This document shows positions 11,115 to 22,700 of a DNA stretch of 52,858 nt, piece after piece. The stretch spans positions 1-52,858 of the forward strand of contig JAHBMJ010000247.1 of the NCBI GenBank assembly GCA_018398765.1, written 5' to 3'. A program made the position numbers and the translations under genes. Every line of letters begins with the position of its first letter. The first letter of the stretch is position 1. The notes beneath the pieces were generated by a model. It was not told the DNA's origin and did no database searches. It worked only from the letters and a program-made list of their open reading frames with translations. The stretch is from Chromera velia (Eukaryota).

Positions 11115-11293
11115 ATTATATAAAAATTTGATTTATGATAATTATATATGTATTTAAATTTGAATGTATCATTTTAAGTTTTTAACTCTTTAAAATATTT
11201 TCTTCACAACAAATCTTAAGGTTTTAACAGAAAGATTGAAAACATGTGAAACATAGTGTAGAGCTTTTATAAGTATCACAATTGATGTTATTA

Positions 11294-11324
<31 letters not shown>

Positions 11325-11772
11325 CTGTGTGCTAGCTGATATGCAGACTGAGCTAGCTAAGTTGGAGGATCCGAATTAAGATGGCCCCGTAAAGCATGTG
11401 GCGGGGGGCTCTTAGAACAATCTTAGATCGCCAAAATCGCTTTCGCGCGGGCCATTCGCGGGCCGCATCGAAATCGATCCATGCCGGGCAACAAAAATGT
11501 AATTAGCGGATGCACGGACAACATACGGACAACAGATGGACAACAGCTTTCACCGATCGAGTTGAGGTTTCTCAGTTTGTTTACATCATGAATTGTGTAC
11601 AAACGCGACACCCACAAAGACGGAGGCAACCAAAGTGATGCTCCAATGATGCTCCAGGGCCGGTGCGATGGGATGACCCAGAGGGACTGTCAAAAAGCGG
11701 ACCCCTCAGTCTGACTGTCTCCCTCAGTGGCTTGCCTTGCGCAGACGTTCTTCTTGCTGTCAACAAAGTAGA

Positions 11773-13326
11773 ATGTCCACACAACTTGAAGACCCAGCCG
11801 GAGCGGCCTCTCTGGTGATTCATGGAACCCTGAGTCACCGGCAGGATTCTTGTCAACCCAAGCCTCCACTGCCCCCACCTCCGTGTCCGGTCTCAGATCC
11901 GTCCCCGCATCCGACTCCGATCTCAGGGGGCGGCGGGAGCATGGGAGTGGGGGTTGATACGTATTCTGGACACATTAAGAATGGCGTTGTCCACGGGGAG
12001 GGTGTGCTGACGTACGCAAATGGACATGTATATGAGGGACAGTTTTGCGATGGAAAGAAACACGGAATGGGTACATACCGCCGCACGGACGGGTGTGTAT
12101 TCACAGGGAGCTTTTTAAACGACCTGGCGCAAGGGTCAGCAAGTCTCACTGCTTCACGTCCCATGCATGCAGGTCTCTTTGTTTTCTCGGCGGCCTTCCA
12201 TGCTTTGGAGTTGTTGCTCACCATTTCTCTTTTTGCATTTCTTTTTACCTTTATGCCGAGGGGCACCGGCCTCACCGCGTCTCTTTTCCTTGTCTGCTCA
12301 GTGCTCATGGTTTGGGATTGAATGCCCCGCGCCCCTCTCATTTGTGCACCCACGTCTTTTCGCTTGGGTGTGCGTGCAGCTACGGAGTAATGACGGATGG
12401 CAGGGGATGTGAGATGTTCCGTGGGACATGGAAAAACGACACGGTGAGTGAGGGGGGCGCTTCATGAATGTAAATTAGTTAGGGTATGTGAGGTTCCAGA
12501 ATAGTGTTGACTTGTGTACGAGCATGCATGCGACTTTTCCGGGTAGAACATAGGCAGCACGTTGATTCAGCATTGAGGCAGCCTTCATGTCTAAGGGACT
12601 CCGTCTTGGACTAGTTCATGTACATTCATGCACTGGCTGACGACAAATCCCCGACAATTGTGCGTCTCCCTCTGTCCGTCCGTCGGTCTGTCTGTCTGAC
12701 TGACTGTCTGTCTGTCTGTCTGACTGTCTGTCTGTCTGTCTTTCTGTCTGTACGCACCTCGATCAATCTGTCTGTCTTTCATGAAGAAAAGTAGAGAGAA
12801 GAAAGAAACACATAGTCTGTCTTTCAGGTCCGCTAGCTGCCGACTTTGTCTGAGTTGCTGTGTATTTTTTTTGTCTTCTTTCTTTGTTTCTTTAATTCTT
12901 TCTTTGTTTCTTTGTTTGTTTCTTCCTTCCTTCCTTCCTTCCTTCCTTCCTTCCTTCCGTTCGTTCGTTCGTTCGTTCTTTCTTTGTTTCTTTCTTTCTT
13001 TTTTTCTTTCTTTGTTTCTTCCTTTCTTTCTCTCTCTCTTTGTTTCTTTGTCGTGATGTTCTTTAAATTTCTCTCTGCTGCCTTTTTTTCTCTTTTTGTT
13101 TGTTGCCACAGCGTTCGATCAGGAGGAGAATGAGGGAAAGAAACCATGTAATCTGTCTGTTTGTAGAAAGAAAGAGAAAGAGGGAAAGAAGGAACGATTT
13201 AGTCTGCCTGCCTGCCTTCCTGCCTGCCAGTTTCTGCAGCCTGTGAGCACGTGCGAGGCCGGAGCCCCGGAGCCCCCGGCCCCGGCGCCCGCAGCCGGAG
13301 GTGCAGTGGAAGAGCCCAGGACCAAG
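11773..13326 (+). CDS. MORN-repeat protein, multi-exon (3' end unresolved)
   Basis: MORN units YSGHIKNGVVHGEGVLTYANG / YEGQFCDGKKHGMGTYRRTDG / FTGSFLNDLAQGYGVMT / FRGTWKND. Exons 11773-12134, 12380-12443 and probably 13240-13326, with phase-consistent GT-AG junctions. Confidence 0.85.
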
Positions 13327-14111
13327 GTCTGTCACTGATTAGCTGTCAAGCTTTCTTTGTGGGTCGGTCGGTCGTTCTGTCTGCATGTGTGTCTCTGTTT
13401 ATTTGTTTGGCTGTCTGTCTCTGTCTCGGACTGTCTGTCTATTGCCCACCTCCCCACCTTTTGTCAGAAAAAATCATGACAGCACTGGTTCCCGCCATGT
13501 TGTATGGGAATGTTTGGAAAGCAGTGCACTTTCCTTTCCTTTAAATTTTTTCTCGTTTCTTCTTTTTTCTTGTCTTGAGTCGAAACAGTAGAGGAGTAAC
13601 GTGTGAACTCAGGGACCATGTAGAAGTCTCTCTGGAGGTGTAGAGGCAAGGGGCGCTCATTATGCCACCGAACTTCCACCCTCTGGGTCGGACTCCCCAT
13701 CGATCCGAGTTGCCTTCTTTCTTTTTTGTTCGTTGTGTTCGTGAGGAGACGGAGGGAGGAAAAGCAATGCGGTCTGTCTATTTGAACCCCAGAAGAAGAA
13801 ATCAAAAGGTAAAGGGAACCCCAGAAGAAGAAAGAGGCGATTGCTGAAAACGAACATAGAAGAATGGACCCTAAACGAAAGGAAATGAAAAGAAACGAAC
13901 CTGTCCAGATGGAAAGAATGTGGAAGTGCACAAGCGTAAGCCTGCACTGGGCAGAGAAGTGCCGCAGAGTACGCTTAAGGCCTGGAGCTCTGGTACTCTT
14001 CCACTGAGAGCGCGCCAAAAGAAAAGAAGAAAACAGAAGAGAATGAGCGGAAGGTTCCGTGTGTCTGACTGTCTGTCCGTCCGTCTGTCTGTCTGTCTTT
14101 CTGTCTCTCTC

Positions 14112-14145
<34 letters not shown>

Positions 14146-14339
14146 CTTCCATCTATTGTCTGTCATGCTGTATCTCTGCTTTTCCTGTCTCATTGTTTGT
14201 GTGGAATAATTTGTTTTAAAGATAAACAACGAAATGATATAGTCTGTCTGCCTGTAGGTATCTGTCTGTCTTTCTCTCTACCTGCCCATCCCTCTGTCTC
14301 AGACTGGCTCTCTGTCTCTCTGTCTCCGTCTGTCTGTCG

Positions 14340-14915
14340 ATGACGAGGAATGGAAACGATGACGAGGAATGGAAGTGTCCAAAATGTAAAGCGACCTTCT
14401 CAAGCGAACGAGGTCTGACGACCCACCAAACCCACCCCAACGGAAAGAAGAGGAGCAAAGAGAACATCCAAGCAGCAGCAGTACTCCATGAGCCCCCCCC
14501 TCCCCCGCAGTCTTCTTCGTCTTCCAATCCGGACCCGCACCCTCCCCTCCCCCCTCCCGCCCCTCCCTCTTCTTCCTCCTCTTCGTCGTCGTCCTCCTCC
14601 TCCTCCTCCGCTATCGCAGCAGCATTGCCGAATCCTCCGGCTCCCCCCGAAGACCCTCCCCCTGAAGCCCCACCATTATCGCAACCCCCCTGTAGAAGGT
14701 CGTCACCAGGAAAATCAAGAAGGCTGCACCGAATAGAAGAGAACCAGCCAGAGCCAGATGCAGCCGCCGCCCCCGATCCCATGCCAGCCCCCGTCTCCGC
14801 CCCAGACGCAGCATCCAATTCCGCCTCGGCTTCTGCTTCTAGCGGCATCCCCCACCCAGCTTCCACGCATGACGAAGAGCATCAAAACCCGCCCCCTTCA
14901 GAACAGGAATCCTGA
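14340..14915 (+). CDS. ORF or exon with a C2H2-like zinc finger followed by a Pro/Ser-rich region
   Basis: WKCPKCKATFSSERGLTTHQTH fits C-x2-C-x3-F-x5-L-x2-H; the spacing to the last His is short. Confidence 0.45.
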   Translation: MTRNGNDDEEWKCPKCKATFSSERGLTTHQTHPNGKKRSKENIQAAAVLHEPPPPPQSSSSSNPDPHPPLPPPAPPSSSSSSSSSSSSSSAIAAALPNPPAPPEDPPPEAPPLSQPPCRRSSPGKSRRLHRIEENQPEPDAAAAPDPMPAPVSAPDAASNSASASASSGIPHPASTHDEEHQNPPPSEQES

Positions 14916-15314
14916 GAGAGAGAAGAGGTTCTGGAGAAGGTTTTCGGCCCCACCAGCACCGTCGCTCTTTCGGTATGGGACTTTGAGAGTTTCGTTACCG
15001 CCGAAAGAGTCCTTCCGCAAGATACGAAGACACATAATCAGAAGAATCCCCCTCCGCAGGGGCGCCCCCCCACCGCCCCACCCCTGTCTAAAGACCATGA
15101 CGGTGCCGGTCCCCGCGTGCAGTTTTCTTTGTTGTTTTTTTCTTTTCTTATTTGTTGGTTTTTCTTGTCTTGTCTTCTTTTCTTCTCTTTCTTGTCTTGA
15201 GTGGAAGCAGCAGAGGAGTAGCGTGTGAAACCAGTGATCACGTGAAAGTCTGTCGGGAGGTAGAGAGGCAAGGGGCGCTTAACTCTCACCTTTCGGGCCC
15301 CCTGCCCACGCTGT

Positions 15315-15553
15315 TTGATTGTTGGTGCTGTTCTTTGGTCTTTGTTCTTTCTTTCTTTCTTTCTTTCTTTTCTTTCTTTTTGTCTGTTGTGTTCATGAAG
15401 AAAAGGAGGGAGAAGAAGAAGAAACATATAGTCAGTCTGTATGTCTGTCTGTCTTTGATTGGTGGTGCTGTTCTTTTGTCTTTGTTCTTTCTTTCTTTTT
15501 GTCTGTTGTGTTCATGAAGAAAAGGAGGGAGAAGAAGAAGAAACATATAGTCA

Positions 15554-15589
<36 letters not shown>

Positions 15590-15700
15590 TTGATTGTTGG
15601 TGCTGTTCTTTTGTCTTTGTTCTTTCTTTCTTTTTGTCTGTTGTGTTCATGAAGAAAAGGAGGGAGAAGAAGAAGAAACATACAGTCTGTCTGTCTGTGA
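15315..15700 (+). repeat. Three tandem ~135-140-bp units of an intron-like repeat
   Basis: Repeated TTGATTG..GGTGCTGTTCTTT...GTGTTCATGAAGAAAAGGAGGGAGAAGAAGAAGAAACATA followed by (GTCT)n. Confidence 0.9.
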
Positions 15701-16589
15701 CGCGGGACGTCATATCCTATCGGGGCCTAGGCCCTGGGGCGCTTATCGTGCACCTTTTGGGCGGCCCCCTGCCCACTTTTTCTGACTTTTTTTTTTTTCT
15801 CTTTTGTCTTTGTTAAACTTTGTGTTTTTTTTTTCCTTTCTGTCTGTCGTGTACATGAAGAGAAGGAGGGAGAAAAGAGAAGCATGCTGCATCTCCGATG
15901 CTGTCTGTCTGTCTTCCTGTCCGGCTGTATAGTCTGTCTCCGTTTGTCTGCTTCTGCCTATTTGTCTGTCTCTCTGTCTTTGTGTGTTTGTGCGTCTGTC
16001 TGAATTTATGTGTCTGTGTGTCCATCTGTCTCTGTCTCTGTTGGTTGATGATGCAGGGGCCTCCCGGGAGAGACGCACAGTGGAAGACAGCCGTCGAAAT
16101 TGCCAACGAAGCAAAGAAACGGGGCATCATGACATGGCCTCAAGATCCTTCCCCAGGGACAACAGCCAAAAACGTCACAGCAACGAACATAAAGGGCCAG
16201 AACAAGGCTCACCCCCGGCCACATGAATTTCACAGCTGCCGAGAGGGCGGAGCTCACCCAAGCCTGCGGCTTTACATGGAGAGTGATGAGCAAGAGAAGA
16301 GAGACGAATCTGATGCCGGCTGCCAATGAATACGGTGGGCAGGAGGAGGAAAAGCCACGTTCGCCCAGGCCAGCAGGCGGTCCACGTTAGCCCAGGCCAG
16401 CAGGCTTTACTGACGCAGTTCGAAGGGCAAAGAGTGGAGAAAGGCTCGCAGTGCATGACTGCATGTCAAGCAAGATCCGAGCGATTCGTAGTATCCTTAC
16501 TATCGATCTCCCGACCCCCTCTTCCTTTTTAAAGATTTTGCTTCCAGACGGGAATCGTCTTCCTGGATCTTCTTTCGGCTTAACCAAGG

Positions 16590-17856
16590 ATGGCTGAGGA
16601 CTTGAAGTCGATCAAGGAGACCGATGGACTTTGGACTTTCGACAAGGTCCGCGAAGTGTTTCCGCCTGGAGACGGGGGCGTGGAGCACTGCATCCCCACG
16701 GAGCTTGAAAAACTTCTAGTTTTGATACAGTCGAACCCAATGAAAGATCACCCACTGAAGCAAATGTTGCCTGGCGACGAACCAGCTCCAGTCCGCGCCT
16801 TCTTTGCCAAAGAAAGGATGGACGTCTCGATGGCAAGCAGTGAGCACGTAAGAAGCTCTGAGGGGTGGGGCAACTTGAACGGCCACTGGTGTGTCGCAAT
16901 ACAGTATGGTAACCATCTGATAACAACTGAATGCTGCGGGGTTAGTCAGGCCAATGCCCCCAACAGCATCGAATGCTCTTTGACGGAGGACGGAGTGAAG
17001 GTGAACTTTGGTGGCCTCGACGAGGGCTGTTCCGCCAAGGTCACTGTTACACCCTGGAAAGACGTCGGCCCGCCTGCTGGTTTTGTGGAGCTGACTGCCA
17101 GTCAGTCTCCCACACAGCAAGGCCTACCTGTGCAAGCCACGCCCCTCTTCTTTCTGCTTTGGGCAGTGGCCTTCGTCCGCATTCCGTACAATGCAATGAT
17201 TATCTCCAAGCACAACTGCCAGACCTACGTGAAGGACCTTGTCAAGACCCTCGGGTTTTGCTTCCCCCACCAGACTCTAGACCAGACTAGCAGGGAATTA
17301 AGCTTTTGGCAAAGGTGTGGCTGCTGGTGGAGCAGCAGGTGGCTTAGGAGGTGGGGCAGCAGGTGTGGCAGTGGGTGGGGCATTGGGGGTCTCAGCAGGT
17401 GCGATAGGGATTGGGACAGTAGGTGCGTTAGGAGGTGGAGCAGCAGGTGCAGTAGGTGGGGTATTGGGTGGGGCAGCAGGGGCAGTCGGCGGCTTTTGCA
17501 CTGGCGGTGCTTCGTTAGGTCTTGTCGGTGCGTGTCTTGGTGGAGTTCTCGGTCCACCTGGAAGCGCTGCCGGGGCTGCTGCAGGGGCGGCCATCGGTTC
17601 CTTGGTTGGAGGGGTTGTAGGGGGTAATGTTGGCCTAGGTGTCGGCGCACTCACTTTTGGTGGTCTGGGGGGAATAGTTGGGGGCGCTGGGGGGGGATTG
17701 GGGGGGGGAGCTACCGGAGGTGCTTTGGGAGGAGTAGCAGGAGGCGCTTTGGGGGGAGCTGTAGGGGGTGTAGGGGTGGGAACCGCGGATGCAGTTGTTT
17801 ACGGACCTGCCTTTGGAGGCATTCTTGGGCTTTTGTTCTCTTTCAGAAAACCCTGA
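16590..17856 (+). CDS. Permuted papain-fold (PPPDE/LRAT-like) peptidase with a C-terminal glycine zipper, split by an apparent 1-nt frameshift at ~17300
   Basis: His motif NGHWCVAI precedes YNAMIISKHNCQTYVKDL (His-before-Cys, Y...NCQ pattern). Removing one A in GAATTAAGC joins QTSREL to AFGKGVAAGGAAGG..., a ~180-aa GxxxG repeat ending at TGA 17854-17856. Confidence 0.6.
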
Positions 17857-18699
17857 ACCCCCCTGATGACCTCTAAGATGACTTGCAGTACAGCGCATTG
17901 AGACTGTATAGCTGTTGAGCAATGTGCGTCGCCCTAGGTGTCGCCATGACTCGTGGTCAGGGTCATCAAGTATCATCCAGTGACTGAGTAACATCATCAA
18001 TCTTATTTTATGAAACATCATTTTTGTCTTTCGTCAGACGTATACTATAATTGTGACTATAAAATTGTGACGAAATTAAATTGTTACTGTAATAATCTAA
18101 GATCTGTTTTCAACAGTTCAGCTCAGGTCATCATCATCATCTTAGAGTATCTTTAATAGAGGACTTGTAGCTAAACCTTTTAATCTTTTTTTCTTTTTAA
18201 GTTAGTTTCTTTGCCAGTGTAGTGGTCCCTTATAGGTGGTCCCCGGGAAACTTGAACTAGCCGGGAAAAGCCCAGAACTGCTCAGAACACTAGTCAGAAC
18301 ATGAACATCATCTTAAAGTTACTTAAAGTTGCGTACTCTTACTATGAGATAACACAAACTACTTATGCATAACAATTTGCAATGTTGCTAGCAATGTTGC
18401 AAGAATCAATTTATAAAAATCCTTGATGATCAGGATGATGAAATATGATTCATTCACGATTGACTGGGCCCAGGGTGAAGTACCATAGTACGTCTCGCTA
18501 CGCAAAGTTCTTTCCCCTGTTTGAGTGAAATACCGGTCTGGCAATAGGGTTATAAACTTGAAGCATTACCCCAGACTCATGCATTGCATTACAACTTACA
18601 CTCTAGCCTACACACCAATCAATAACGATGATGATGATGTTGTGGACTACAAAAAACTCGAACAATCCGGAGAGAATGAAGTATTATTTGACTGATGGG

Positions 18700-19669
18700 T
18701 TATCGTGGAGGTGCGACTCGGACGGCTGCCCGATTCACCTGGCGAACTCTCTCTTTCCATTCATCGGACGGCTCCTCGAATTCCAACTGAGGGATACGGA
18801 AGGGATCCGAGACGGGAGGCAATTCTGAACCTCGTGGCCGCCCATTCGCCTGCGTTTCTTGCATGAGGGACCCTGGGGTCTCGCCTGCAAACGGAGAAAC
18901 TCCTGAGAGAAGCCGTGGTGGCAGTCCCAGAACATCACAGCGAATCTCTTCAACAACATCGTCGATGCTCGAAGCCTCTCCCGACCCCCCGATGCCACCC
19001 GGCCCGCCGCTTGTCGAAACCGCGTCTCGTCCAGTGAGGAAAGACATGACTGCGGGATGAGTCACAATTTTTCTCAGAAGAGCGGGAGGGATGTGCCGAG
19101 GGGCGGCGACGCCCACCCCGGCTGCGGACTTCCCCCGGACCTTCTGGGTGATGGCGCCGAGGAAGACCAGACACTGGCTCCGTGTGCAGACTCGGAAGCG
19201 TAAACACGCAAGCCTGCAAAGACAGATGGAGAAAGAGGTGATCGAACAGACAAAGAGACCGCCAGATAGCGGAACAGACAGAGAATGCTGCCCTTTCTCC
19301 CTCTTCTGTCAATGGTGGTTGCGTTCTTTCCTTCTTTCCTTCATTACCCTGTTACTTTCTTTCTGCTTTCGTTGTCCCACTCCCTCCCTCCCTTCCTTGC
19401 CTTCCTTCTGTCTCTCTGTCCGTCCGTCTGTCCGTCTGCCTTCTCTCTGTGTCTCGCACGCATGCAGCCACACAGAGACAGGAAAAAAGGCGGACAAAAA
19501 GGTAAACACGCAGACCAGCTGTTTTTCTCTTTTCCTTAATTTTTTCAGATACAGACCAGACAGACAACAAAGAAAGACTCACACACAAAAGAACGACACG
19601 GTCACTCAGACAATGTGGGCAGGAGGCTCAGAGACAGACGGAGAGACAAAGAAACTTATTCTCTCTTTT

Positions 19670-19740
<71 letters not shown>

Positions 19741-22700
19741 CAGAGAGAGAGAGAGAGACAGAGAGACTGTAGGGTTTCTTTCCTTCCTTGTCTTCATGAA
19801 CACAACAGACAAAAAGAAAGAAAGCAACAAAGACAAAAGAACATCACGGGAACTCAGACAGACAGACAGACAGACAGATTGCGAGATGGAGACATAAAGA
19901 AACAAAGAAAGAAGCCAAAGGGAGAAAAACAACACAGAAGACCCTCACATGATTTCTTCAATTTCTCTTGCCGTCAATCTCTTCACCCTCGCTGTCGTCC
20001 AACACGCCACGCTCAGTTGGCACACGGCCTTTTCGACTTTTGTCCACAGCCGGTACGACGTCAGTCCGAAAGAGTTTCTCAACGAAGAGGTTTGCGGAGT
20101 GGAGGGAGAGAAGGAGGACAGAGAGGGGGTACCACTGCCGCCTAGTGTTTCTGCAGAAGACTCTCCTCCTCTTTTCTTCTCCCCGTGTTCAAGCAAGGAG
20201 ACGGCACTCCTCCAGACTCGCCAGACATCCGTATCTAGGTGTTCCTCTCCCCGCGGTTCCGCTAACGGAGCGATCTGCCCCAATGCGCTGTCTACCTGCG
20301 TACACAAGTTTATCGCATGCTTGCTCATGTGTGCAGTTTTGTGTAGTGAATCATGCTCCCCCTATGGAAAGTCATGCTCGTCAATATGGACGAAAGCTGC
20401 ATGCACGTGCTCGCACGGGACACATTCATAACTGCGGACAACAAACGCGACAGTCATGTTTGCTGTCGTCGATTCGTATGGATGTATCCCTTCCACCTCA
20501 GAAAGGAAAGCCAACAAAAAGTTTGGAATGGACCCTCTGATCCACTCAAAGAAAGTTTTCGTGCAAGAATTTCTGTTTTTGCCCGTGTTCTTTGGATCGT
20601 TCCGTGTCTGCCTCTGCTCTTTCTATTGGCCTTCTGGCACGAATCTCGGAAATCAAGTGGATAGACAATCAAAGGCATGATATGATCAGTGGAGACCGTG
20701 GCGTCCGTTTCACGCTTTCAGCAACCCCCCTCACCGGAAATGAACTTGCCGACCTGATCTTCATCGAGCCTCATAGCCTCTTCAATCAGTCTCTCGTTCT
20801 GCCGCTCAGTCTCCCGAGCGACCCCGGCCTGTCGGGCAAAGACCTGTTGCCTGAAGGAGACGGTCGTGGAGGCCATGCGAAGGAGGGGCAGGCCGATGCG
20901 AGGAACGTCCGCAGTACTCGTGTCTGCGTCCATGCAGCTCTGCAGCGACTCCCTGCAAGTCCAGACAGAGCATGAGTACATTACGCATCTACAGCGACAC
21001 ACTGCTAAGGCAAAAGAAGAAGGCTGTCACTCAGGCACTGGGTGTATGGACGCAGACAAACTATCTGGAATTTTTTCTCTCTCTTGTGTGCATTTCATGA
21101 AAAAGCAGAGACAGACTGACAGAGCGTCTGCCTGTGCACTGAGAGAGACGGGCCAATTAGAGTTGTACATCCCGAACGCTGCTCTCCCAGTCTTCATCTC
21201 CAGCATGCGCCTTTTCATCTGAGAGAGCGCATAGTTGGATCGCCTGGCCAGTTCGTTGGTGAGGTGCACAGCTGTTCTGAAGGGAATGACACGCACTTCC
21301 TCAACTGTCTGTGCTTCCTCTTCTTCTTGTACGTCAGAAGAGGAAGAGGACACAGAAGAATGGTCACTTTTGCTCCTCCCTCTTTTCCTTTTGGCGCCTG
21401 AAGCAGTGCGGTCAGTTGCATCACTCGTCGATGGGAGGGCACTGTTGGAGGGGATTTTCACCGAAGAAAGAACGCTGACGGCGGCCCTGAAAGACGGAAG
21501 GAAGAGATGGAAGAAGTGAAGAGGGGGGGGCAAGTGCGGCAGCATAGAAAGGTGAAGACCCCAACAAGCAAATAAATGTCAGGCTATTGAATAAGTGCGA
21601 GATTGAAGAATGACTGCGTACACGAAAACGGAGGGACAGTTGCGTGAGCAGAAAGCCAGTCTGGGAAGGGAGCAAACAACTGAGAAAGAATGTCACAGGA
21701 CCATCCAGAGGAGGAAGAACGAACAAAGCAAGCAAAACAAGGCACAACAGCGGACGCTGAGCGGTATTCTCCATGAAAGAAACCGAGAGGGAGGCAGAGA
21801 AATGACTCAACAATCGAGGCTTTCACCCCTCTCTACCTCTCTCTGAGATGGTCACTTTTGTCACTCACCCACTCACTCACTCACTCACTCACCGGACTTT
21901 GGCAACGTCATTGACTTGTTCGACTTCGAAGAGTCTCTTTTCGAGAATTCGCACAATCTCACGACACACAAAAGCGCTCAGTCTCAACGAATCTGTCACC
22001 ATTTCCAGACTCGGACTTGACGCATCAGATGCACCATCTTTTTTCTCTTCGGTCTGTCCCTCCTCCTCTTGCTCTAAGTCATCCTCTCCCACTTCAAGAA
22101 ACGCCCGAAAACCAGACCCCCGTTTTCCCTTAGTACTCTCATCTCCCTTTGAAGACCTCCTTTTTTTCTGTCGTCTCTTCAATCTCTGAAGCTTCCGAGA
22201 TCTCTGAGAACTGAGGTCCACCACAAGAGGCGTCAACGCAACTAGAGCAGCTACCAACTGAGGCGCACCAAGTGAGCGAACACTACTGCCCCCCCGCTTC
22301 CCCCCTGGAACTCCACTTACCCCCCCCTGCTCACCACCCTGAGGATTCTCCGCTGCCTGCGCACAGATCTGTTGCACCAACGGAATGTCCGGAATATTCC
22401 ATGCCACCCATCCCGTTCCACTTGCTTCCACATCGCCGTTCTCCTCTCCTCCTCCTCCCTGTACATAGCCATCGGCTGGGTTGATGTCAAACTCGAAATC
22501 AGGAGATTCGATCAGCATGCGCGCCGTCTCACAAAGCCAAAAGTCCACTAAACTCGACGGAGACGGAGACGCAACGGAGCTGCTGAGGCTCGACTTTTTC
22601 TTCTTTTTCGCTCCTGCCGTCCCTTTCTTTTGCCCTCGCGACCGCCCCTCAGTTGCGGCGTTCAGATTCTTCCCACCGATGCTGTCCCCAGCAATGAGGG

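Noticed and set aside
12591..13147. Lys/Glu/Arg-rich and Phe/Leu/Ser-rich ORFs
   Set aside because: These are intronic tetranucleotide repeats (TCTG, TTCC, TTCG, TTTC).
15315..15700. Regularly spaced repeats resembling a CRISPR array
   Set aside because: There are no unique spacers because whole units repeat, the context is eukaryotic, and no cas genes are present.
17225..17654. Pro/Ala-rich minus-strand ORFs and the Trp/Arg/Cys-rich tail of ORF 16590..17627
   Set aside because: These are shadow or out-of-frame readings of the glycine-zipper sequence.
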